Of a stretch of 64,000 nt of DNA, positions 57,321 through 64,000 are shown piece by piece. A program made the position numbers and the translations under genes. Origin of the DNA: Kiritimatiellia bacterium. Its GTDB lineage: Bacteria > Verrucomicrobiota > Kiritimatiellia > UBA8416 > JADHWI01. A model generated the notes under the pieces. It saw nothing but the letters and a program-made list of their open reading frames with translations, was not told the DNA's origin and did no database searches. Where the stretch lies: contig JASLPY010000016.1 in the NCBI GenBank assembly GCA_030744755.1, positions 6,959-70,958 on the forward strand. The letters are read 5' to 3'. Position 1 is the first letter of the stretch, and every line of letters starts with the position of its first letter.

Positions 57321-58454
57321 ATGGGAATGAAGGCCAAGGTAGTTGTTGCTTACGCGGATAGGGATCCAATGAAGGGTGTCGAAACACCCGGACCACACCA
57401 GATATATAGGAACCCCCGCGTTGAAGTGGAGACCAGGGAACTCGGGGAACTGCATCCTGATGAAGTCAGGGTCGAGATGCTTTACGCCGGAATATGCGGA
57501 ACCGATTCACACGTCGTGCAGGCAAACCCCGAAACCGGCTACATACGCTGTTCGGCGCCATTGAGAATACCGCCAGAAGGCAGAATCGTGGGTCACGAGG
57601 GCGTGGGGCGGGTTGTTGAGACCGGGAGAAATGTACGCCACGTGCGTAGTGGTGCCATTGTGACATTCGAGTCCATCATCGTGTGCCATTATTGTGACGT
57701 GTGCCGCCAGGGCCACTTCAATCAATGCCGCCGCGCAAGGTTGCTGGGGCTCGAGAAGGACGGCCTCTTCGGGACGGTTGTTGATTTGCCTTCGATGCTT
57801 ACGCACGATGTTTCCGAGATCGCCGATACGGACGAAGGGCTCAGGGCGGCTGCTTGCGTGGAGCCTGCGGGAGTTGCATACGTGGCATGCCAGAATACGC
57901 ATGTTTCCGGCGGTGATGTTGTGGTCATTTTCGGCGGCGGACCTATTGGCGTCTTCTCGGCGATGCTCAGCAAGTTGGTGTTCGGCGCATCGCAGGTTTT
58001 CCTTGTGGAGCCGGTTAAATACAGGCGCGACCTTGCCGCGAAATGGTGTGACGAGGTCTACGGCCTCGACGAATTCTTTGATAACATGCCGAAGAAGATC
58101 GACGTGCTGATCGAAGCGTCCGGGGCTCTCGGCAACGTGGACAGGTCTTTCAAGGCATTGAACGCCAACGGCCGCGTGGCTTTGCTTGCACGGAGCGGGG
58201 AACCGCTGACGCTGAACTCGGTCGATTACCTGATAACCAACGCTCTTACAATAGTGGGTTCAAGAGGTCACCTGTGTGGAGCCTTTGCCAAGATTCTGAC
58301 CCTCTACAAAAGCCACCGCATGCCTATGTGGGAAGTTGTTACCAGCGTTGTTGATGGCCCGGATGCCCTCGCCGACATGTTAAGGAGCCCCGGCCGGATT
58401 CTCGACGAGAACTGCAAAGTTCTGGCGCGGTTGGACGGGGACGGAAAAGGGTAA
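57321..58454 (+). CDS. zinc-dependent medium-chain alcohol/polyol dehydrogenase
   Basis: Catalytic Zn 'GICGTDSH' and 'GHEGVGRV'. Structural Zn 'CHYCDVCRQGHFNQC'. Rossmann motif 'VIFGGGPIGV'. Confidence 0.85.
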   Translation: MGMKAKVVVAYADRDPMKGVETPGPHQIYRNPRVEVETRELGELHPDEVRVEMLYAGICGTDSHVVQANPETGYIRCSAPLRIPPEGRIVGHEGVGRVVETGRNVRHVRSGAIVTFESIIVCHYCDVCRQGHFNQCRRARLLGLEKDGLFGTVVDLPSMLTHDVSEIADTDEGLRAAACVEPAGVAYVACQNTHVSGGDVVVIFGGGPIGVFSAMLSKLVFGASQVFLVEPVKYRRDLAAKWCDEVYGLDEFFDNMPKKIDVLIEASGALGNVDRSFKALNANGRVALLARSGEPLTLNSVDYLITNALTIVGSRGHLCGAFAKILTLYKSHRMPMWEVVTSVVDGPDALADMLRSPGRILDENCKVLARLDGDGKG

Positions 58455-58459
58455 AAGGG

Positions 58460-60586
58460 ATGAGTTCTTCCGGGGACGAAAAGACTTTTACGAGTGTCTG
58501 TCGAAACTGCCACGGTGGGTGCCTGGCCGAGCTGACTGTCAAGGGTGATCGTCTGACCAGGGTGCGCCCTGCCAAGGGTTCGCCGTTCAACCTCTCGCAG
58601 ATGTGCGTCAAAGGGCTGGCCACTCCTGAACTGGTCTACCATCCATCCCGACTTGTCTCTCCTCTGAAGAGGGCCGGTGCGCGTGGTGACAACAGGTGGG
58701 ACAAGATAAGCTGGGACCAGGCCCTGGATGAGATAGCCGCGCGCCTGGACGAGATTCGGACCGGGTCCGGTCCCGAGGCAATTGCCATCGGCCAGGGAAC
58801 CGGCAGGCATCATTACATGCACGTCAGCAGGTTTGCCAATACCCTTGGCACACCCAACTGGTACGAGCCCGGCCTTGCGAACTGTTTCATACCTCGAATA
58901 ACCGTATCGAATCTCACCTACGGCGGATTTGTCAGTGCGGACTATTATGGTGAGGTTAAGCCGGAGACAATACTGTTCTGGGGATGCAACCCGCTTGTGT
59001 CCGGGCCGGACGGAAAACTGTCTTTTCCCGTCAATCGTGCCTTGCGTGACGGGTCCTTCGGCATCGCGATAGATCCCAGGCGCTCCGAAACCGCGAAAAA
59101 GTGTGGCATGTGGCTGCCCCTCAGACCGGGTACTGACGATGCGATGGCCCTGGCAATGATCCATGTCATTATCTACGAGGGCTTCTACGACAAACAGTTT
59201 GTTGAGCAATGGACCAATGGCTTCGATGAACTTAAAGAGCACGTTAAAGAATGTACTCCCGAGTGGGGTGAGGGTATCACCGGCGTTCCCGCCGCCGATA
59301 TTGCGGCAGCGGCCAAACGTTACGCCACCTGTAAGCCGTCCGTGCTGGAATGGGGTGTTGCCTTGGAACAGAACCCCAACTGTCTGCAGACAGTCAGGGC
59401 GGTCTCGCTGCTGAGGGGATTGACCGGCAACATCGATGTGCCGGGAAGCGACATCCTTGGAATGAACATACTGAAACCGTACCCGGTTCTCAGAAATCAC
59501 CTTCCCAAGGGGATGATACAGAAACGAATAGGCGGGGATGAGTTCAAACTACTTGGCGGCTTCCGCGCCTTCATGCCTTCTGCACACATTCCCGGACTCT
59601 TCAAGGCGATGCGCACCGGTGACCCCTACCGGGTCAGGGCCCTTATGCTGTTTGGCAACAACCCGCTGCTCACCGTCGCCGATGCCAGGTCTGTTCATGA
59701 GTCTCTGCTGAACTTGGATCTGTTGGTTGCCACAGACCTGTTCATGACGCCGTCGGCGGTTCTCGCCGACTATGTTTTGCCGGCCGCGGCCTGGCCCGAG
59801 GTCAACCAGTTGGTAGAGCTTCCCTATGTTGTTGAGAATGCCGTGTATCCCCAGCAGCGCGTTGTCCGGGTCGGCGAGTGTCGCCAGGATGAAGAGATCA
59901 TGATCGACCTTGCCCGTCGCCTTGATCTCCACGCAGCGGAGGAATCGTTCGAGGATATCCTGAACTCGCGGCTCGAGCATCTGGGTACCACGTTTGAGGA
60001 GTTTAAGACTTCCGGCGGGATTTTCCCCGCTCACGAGTACCGCAAATTCGAGGCCAGGGGATTCCGAACACCCTCAAGAAAGATCGAACTCTACTGCAAG
60101 GGCCTCAAACGCCTTGGTTATGCAGCTCTTCCCTTATACCGGGAGCCTCCGGAAAGCCCCGTATCGACCCCCGATATCGCGAACGATTTTCCTTATGTGC
60201 TGACGACGGGGAGTCGCCGGCGTGAGATGTTTCATAGTGAACACCGCCAGATCGAAAGTCTCCGGCGTCGCCGACCCGATCCGTGCGCCGAACTTCATCC
60301 CGAAGTGGCATCACGGCACGGAATTGAAGACGGAGAATGGATAAGGATACGCACACGTCGCGGAGAGATAAGGATGAAAGCCGTTGTTACGCTCGATATT
60401 GCGCAGGGTGTCGTCAATGTCGACCACGGCTGGTGGTTTCCCGAAAAAGAACCTCCCGATTTCGGTGTCTGGGATTCCAATGCCAACGTTCTGACATCCG
60501 CCGATCCGCCTTATGATCCCGCATTCGGCTCATACCAGCTGCGCGGCCTACTCTGCAGTGTCGAAAAAGAGGACAAGTCTACCTGA
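58460..60586 (+). CDS. molybdopterin (Mo/W-bisPGD) oxidoreductase-family protein, cytoplasmic, acetylene-hydratase-like subgroup
   Basis: N-terminal 4Fe-4S motif 'CRNCHGGC...C' with no twin-arginine signal. 'WDKISWDQALDEIA', 'GTPNWYEPGLANCF' and a C-terminal 'KIELYCKGLKRLGYAALPLYREP...'. The start is 5 nt after the ADH stop. Confidence 0.85.
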   Translation: MSSSGDEKTFTSVCRNCHGGCLAELTVKGDRLTRVRPAKGSPFNLSQMCVKGLATPELVYHPSRLVSPLKRAGARGDNRWDKISWDQALDEIAARLDEIRTGSGPEAIAIGQGTGRHHYMHVSRFANTLGTPNWYEPGLANCFIPRITVSNLTYGGFVSADYYGEVKPETILFWGCNPLVSGPDGKLSFPVNRALRDGSFGIAIDPRRSETAKKCGMWLPLRPGTDDAMALAMIHVIIYEGFYDKQFVEQWTNGFDELKEHVKECTPEWGEGITGVPAADIAAAAKRYATCKPSVLEWGVALEQNPNCLQTVRAVSLLRGLTGNIDVPGSDILGMNILKPYPVLRNHLPKGMIQKRIGGDEFKLLGGFRAFMPSAHIPGLFKAMRTGDPYRVRALMLFGNNPLLTVADARSVHESLLNLDLLVATDLFMTPSAVLADYVLPAAAWPEVNQLVELPYVVENAVYPQQRVVRVGECRQDEEIMIDLARRLDLHAAEESFEDILNSRLEHLGTTFEEFKTSGGIFPAHEYRKFEARGFRTPSRKIELYCKGLKRLGYAALPLYREPPESPVSTPDIANDFPYVLTTGSRRREMFHSEHRQIESLRRRRPDPCAELHPEVASRHGIEDGEWIRIRTRRGEIRMKAVVTLDIAQGVVNVDHGWWFPEKEPPDFGVWDSNANVLTSADPPYDPAFGSYQLRGLLCSVEKEDKST

Positions 60587-60665
60587 GTATATATTGAATA
60601 ATCGGATCATCGAACACGTCTAACCAATTGACGGCGGGATGACCCCGCAGATGAGGAGGTTAGCC

Positions 60666-61190
60666 ATGAGAACGAGATTATCAATATTGACGCCGGTTAT
60701 CGTAACAACTGTCTGCTGCCTGGTCGCCGTACCAGGTACTGCCAATTCTGGAGAATCGAGACGTTCCAGCAGCACGCACGGCTCGGTTTCCATACAAATA
60801 GGCTCCAATGGTGGCTATATCTCAGGCTCTTACAGGCCTGCAACCACCGCTGTCAGATCTAAACCCGTTACGACATCCAGCTGCGTGACCACAGTGAGGC
60901 CGGCATGTCCCGGACCGGGTTATGTATGGATAAACGGTTATAGCGACTGTTACGGTAGATGGATTTCTGGCTACTGGCTGTACGTACGTAGAACAGTGAG
61001 CTACAGAGCGCCGTCCCACAGACACATTTCGTCCAGGAGGGTAACGGTTGACGCTCACCGCCGGGCCGTGTCTTCGTCGCGCAATAAATGCACCAGTACC
61101 CGGAGCGTAGGCAGCTCAAGCCACAGCCGGAACCGGAGCGTAGGCAGCTCAAGCCACAACCGGAACCGGAGCAGCGGTAAGAGGAGATAG
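60666..61190 (+). CDS. secreted Ser/Arg-rich protein with a YxWxxGxW-like segment
   Basis: ATG 60666 has AGGAGG 6 nt upstream. Signal 'MRTRLSILTPVIVTTVCCLVAVPGTANS'. 'PGYVWINGYSDCYGRWISGYWLY' is present. The C-terminus contains the duplicated 'RSVGSSSH(S/N)RN'. Confidence 0.55.
   Translation: MRTRLSILTPVIVTTVCCLVAVPGTANSGESRRSSSTHGSVSIQIGSNGGYISGSYRPATTAVRSKPVTTSSCVTTVRPACPGPGYVWINGYSDCYGRWISGYWLYVRRTVSYRAPSHRHISSRRVTVDAHRRAVSSSRNKCTSTRSVGSSSHSRNRSVGSSSHNRNRSSGKRR
61100..61172 (+). repeat. 33-bp in-frame tandem repeat (2 copies plus 7 nt of a third) inside the Ser/Arg-rich gene
   Basis: Units at 61100-61132 and 61133-61165 differ at one base (G61126 / A61159). Confidence 0.85.
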
Positions 61191-61236
61191 CTCCCTTCTT
61201 CGAACACCCGTTGGAGGGGTGTTTTCGGAACAGTGT

Positions 61237-62262
61237 CTACTTCATGTGCCCTTGGCTTTTGTACCATGCCACTGTTTCGCGGATGCCGTCTTCCATGCTA
61301 TACCCAGGGTTATAGGACAGTTCGCCCCGGGCCTTGGATATGTCGCAGTACAGTTTGCTTTCCGACGTCCACTTCACTGTCTTCCGCGAGAATGGAGGGC
61401 GGCCGGTTTGTGGGATTACGAAGGGATAGAAACGGAAGATCTTGCTTAGGATTTCGAAAGTGAAGCCGATCACAAGGGCAAGTGGTACAGGCAGGTGAGG
61501 AGTTATCACTTTCACTCCAAGCTCTTTGGCTATGGCCCTGACCACGTCCTTGATCATGTAGGATTTCTCGTCGGATATGAAGTAGACCTCTCCGGATTTG
61601 CCTTTCTCTGCGGCAAGCCTTATGCCCTGGACCTGGTTCTTGACGTAACAGAATTCAGTCAACGCCTCACCGCTGCCGACCAGGGGGTAGATTCCTCGCT
61701 GGATGACTTTGAACAGGCGGGAACACAGTATCATCTCTCGGGGCCCGTAGGTCATGGGCGGGCGCACCACCACGGTCTTCATTCCGCCCGGTGAGCGGTA
61801 GGAGGTTACAAGGTCTTCTGCGTCCTGTTTCGTGACTCCATATATATTGCGGGGACATGGAGGAGAGTTTTCGGTCAGCGGGTCCCCTTTTTCCGACAAG
61901 CCTACGGCTTCAATCGTAGCCGTGAAGAGCACACACTTGACACCTGCCTCTTCAGCGCAGGTCAGAACATTGCTTGTACCTTCCACGTTTACCGTCCGGT
62001 ATTCGTCTTCCGGTACATTCAGGTCGTAACGGGAAATGGCCGCCAGGTGATAAACGGTTTCGATGCCTTCCATGGCTCGCTTTAGGGATTCGATATCCCT
62101 CAGGTCGCCGTTCACCACCTCGGATTCCGATTCGGAAAGATTCGAGACATCGTCACCAACCTTGATAAATGATCTCACGGCAATGCCATCAGCAGTCAGC
62201 GCATCCACAAGATGACTGCCAATAAAACCTGCCGCACCAGTTACCAAGACCTTGGGTTGCAT
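61237..62262 (-). CDS. NAD-dependent epimerase/dehydratase (extended SDR)
   Basis: 'KVLVTGAAGFIGSHLV' and a 'Y..TK' catalytic context ('IYGVTKQDAE'). Confidence 0.85.
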   Translation of the reverse strand: MQPKVLVTGAAGFIGSHLVDALTADGIAVRSFIKVGDDVSNLSESESEVVNGDLRDIESLKRAMEGIETVYHLAAISRYDLNVPEDEYRTVNVEGTSNVLTCAEEAGVKCVLFTATIEAVGLSEKGDPLTENSPPCPRNIYGVTKQDAEDLVTSYRSPGGMKTVVVRPPMTYGPREMILCSRLFKVIQRGIYPLVGSGEALTEFCYVKNQVQGIRLAAEKGKSGEVYFISDEKSYMIKDVVRAIAKELGVKVITPHLPVPLALVIGFTFEILSKIFRFYPFVIPQTGRPPFSRKTVKWTSESKLYCDISKARGELSYNPGYSMEDGIRETVAWYKSQGHMK

Positions 62263-62421
62263 AATCCGCGTAGTGAATCATTCAAGACAGCTACTGTCAA
62301 GTTAGAGGACTGTTCAACGTTTCTGCAACACCATCAACCATCTCCCACTGATCTGCCTTGACTTGAATTGGTCTGGTCGTGATCATACTACGCTGAATGT
62401 AAACACCAACCCGGGCGGACT

Positions 62422-62961
62422 ATGTTGCGCAGAATACCCTCAACCTGTTTCTTGTTAGTTCTCATCTGTTCACTCTCATCATGTAGAAAAGGTATGGAGA
62501 AGGAAGTTGAGAAATGGGACAGGGCGAAAGGGAAGGCCCAGGAGCTGATGGCTGTGTATCCTTCGTTTACCGTGGTCATCGAAAACGAACTGAAGACAGC
62601 CCAGCTTGCCATGAACAGGGCGATGGCCGAGAACGGCCGCAAAGCGCGCATGGCGAAGATGGCCGAGGCGAGCTCAATGCTTCAGGGTGGAACCGTGGGC
62701 TTCCTTGATCACATCGACAAGGATACGATAGAATTGCGCAACAAAGTGATGGCTGCCGCAAGTGCGGCGAGAACAGAGAAAGCGCGTGTTGCTATAGAGG
62801 TTCCTGCCGACAGGGCCCAGGGAGTGCTTAAGAAGGCGGACGATGTGCTGGTTAACGGAGTCGATGATGAGCAGCAGGTGCAAATCGTTCTGAAGCAGCT
62901 CGAAAGCGATGTGCGTTCCGCCATAGATGCCCTGGACAAGGTCCTTCGAGATATTCACTGA
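62422..62961 (+). CDS. lipoprotein, helical, function unknown
   Basis: Lipobox 'LSSC'. Its stop overlaps the start of the downstream cytochrome gene (TGATG at 62959-62963). Confidence 0.6.
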   Translation: MLRRIPSTCFLLVLICSLSSCRKGMEKEVEKWDRAKGKAQELMAVYPSFTVVIENELKTAQLAMNRAMAENGRKARMAKMAEASSMLQGGTVGFLDHIDKDTIELRNKVMAAASAARTEKARVAIEVPADRAQGVLKKADDVLVNGVDDEQQVQIVLKQLESDVRSAIDALDKVLRDIH

Positions 62962-64000
62962 TGAGAATAGATAAATCCAAGGCAGCACTGGTTCTGATTG
63001 TTGTCGCCACAATGGCGGCTCTCCTGATTCTTGTCTCGATTAAGATTTTGAACCGTGATTCGGCGGGCATGTCTGAGAGGTTCTACGTAGGATCTGAGAG
63101 CTGCCGGGAATGCCATGAACGTTTCTACGGTCTGTGGGGATCTTCGCATCACGGCAAGGCCATGCAGCCGGTGACAAAAGCGTTTGCGGAGTCCGAACTC
63201 ACGCCTCAGACAAACACGATTACCGTGGGTAACATGTCGTTTATTGCCGACCTGAAGTCTTTGCGTGTTAAGGGTGCCGGTCCGCAGGGTAAGAGAGAAT
63301 ACCCGATTCTGCATGCTCTCGGCGGAAAGAACGTCTACTATTTCCTCACGCCACTGGAACGTGGAAGGCTCCAGGTTTTGCCCGTTGCGTACAATGTTGA
63401 TGATAAAGCCTGGTTCAACACCACAGCCAGTATGGTCCGGCACTTCGGTGAGGAGCCCGATGCTCCCATCGAATGGACCGACCCCATGTTAACGTTCAAT
63501 ACGGCCTGCTACGGTTGCCACGTAAGCCAGCTTTCCCGCAACTACGATCTGGAAACAGACTCCTATCAGACAACATGGAGAGAGCCCGGGATCAACTGCG
63601 AAACCTGCCATGGCCCTTCCGGTGAACACATACGCGTCTGTAAGGAAGCTCCTGAAGGTACTGTTCCGGAGAATCTTGAGCTGATAACCATGGATAGCTT
63701 GACTCAGAAGCAACGCGATGACACGTGTGTAACCTGCCATGCGAAGATGCGCCCCTTGACCGAAGGGTTTCGGCCGGGCGACCGCTTCTTTGATCATTAC
63801 GACCTGGTACTCCTCGAGGACCGTGATTTCTATCCTGACGGGCGTGACCTGGGAGAGAACTACACGTATACGGGATGGTTGATGAGTCCGTGCGTCAAGG
63901 CCGGCAAGCTCGAGTGCATACATTGTCACACATCCAGCGGCCGATTCAGGTTTGCCGGCGAGAAGGCGAATGAAGCATGCCTTCCATGTCATGCAAAGCT
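62961..64000 (+). CDS. membrane-anchored multihaem c-type cytochrome (cytochrome c554-like family), 3' end outside the window
   Basis: This gene is not in the supplied ORF track. My hand translation from ATG 62961 stays open to base 64000. It gives a TM 'ALVLIVVATMAALLILVSIKIL' and six CxxCH motifs (CRECH, CYGCH, CETCH, CVTCH, CIHCH, CLPCH), including the 'CRECHERFYGLWGSSHH' context. Confidence 0.85.
   Translation, partial: MRIDKSKAALVLIVVATMAALLILVSIKILNRDSAGMSERFYVGSESCRECHERFYGLWGSSHHGKAMQPVTKAFAESELTPQTNTITVGNMSFIADLKSLRVKGAGPQGKREYPILHALGGKNVYYFLTPLERGRLQVLPVAYNVDDKAWFNTTASMVRHFGEEPDAPIEWTDPMLTFNTACYGCHVSQLSRNYDLETDSYQTTWREPGINCETCHGPSGEHIRVCKEAPEGTVPENLELITMDSLTQKQRDDTCVTCHAKMRPLTEGFRPGDRFFDHYDLVLLEDRDFYPDGRDLGENYTYTGWLMSPCVKAGKLECIHCHTSSGRFRFAGEKANEACLPCHAK

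Noticed and set aside
58304-59500. 398-aa antisense ORF opposite the ADH end and the molybdoenzyme gene
   Set aside because: The + strand frame carries unmistakable Mo/W-bisPGD family motifs. The antisense product is Arg/Gly/Pro-rich with no domain features, which is typical of a shadow ORF in GC-rich coding DNA.
58460-60586. Calling the molybdoenzyme an acetylene hydratase, or a selenoprotein formate dehydrogenase
   Set aside because: From memory, the position equivalent to the catalytic Asp of acetylene hydratase is His here. There is no in-frame TGA and no SECIS-like context. The substrate therefore cannot be assigned.
62955-63992. Two minus-strand ORFs (162 and 167 aa) listed in the track
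   Set aside because: The + strand frame encodes a six-CxxCH multihaem cytochrome with a TM anchor, so the minus-strand ORFs are shadows.
1-64000. Scan for tRNA, rRNA, tmRNA, RNase P RNA and SRP RNA signatures
   Set aside because: I found no T-loop/acceptor-type sequences or conserved RNA-family cores by eye in the intergenic regions. A tRNAscan-SE/Infernal run would be needed to exclude them formally.

Overview
This 64-kb chromosomal segment comes from an unidentified diderm bacterium, as shown by a TolC-family channel, lipobox lipoproteins, a PpiD-like chaperone and a beta-barrel OMP. Taxonomy cannot be fixed from the sequence alone. A type-2 IleRS, a lysine-rich sigma-70 N-terminus, and LamG-like and cytochrome-c554-like proteins are reminiscent of PVC-group or related uncultured lineages (inference only). 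There are about 50 protein-coding genes on both strands, mostly housekeeping: ileS, rpoD, rnr, rnd, thrC, deoB, galU, pfk, coaB. I recognised no rRNA, tRNA, CRISPR array, prophage, or canonical defence or biosynthetic cluster. One DDE/rve-type IS element (about 1.4 kb) is inserted in an unusual repeat-rich non-coding stretch of about 0.7 kb (40.2-40.95 kb). A multihaem cytochrome c gene runs off the 3' end (62961-64000, +) and is missing from the supplied ORF track. The leads most worth a second look are: (1) a 7-gene MacAB-TolC-like export operon bracketed by a very Cys-rich secreted protein and a Cys/His-motif lipoprotein (26.2-32.8 kb); (2) an acyl-CoA ligase / Zn-ADH / cytoplasmic acetylene-hydratase-like Mo/W enzyme cluster next to a two-component system (53.1-60.6 kb); (3) a translationally coupled Deg-like protease plus a paralogue in which all three catalytic residues are replaced; (4) a 13-bp-phased palindromic array of six 9-bp boxes, and a separate 139-bp element with an 18-bp perfect closing stem; (5) a membrane-anchored RRM protein directly downstream of an rpoD that carries a histone-H1-like tail; (6) a SWIM-SNF2 helicase coupled to an NMO/FabK-like protein with a Cys-rich extension, next to the IS. 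All functional calls rest on motifs read by eye and on remembered family signatures. No database search was run.
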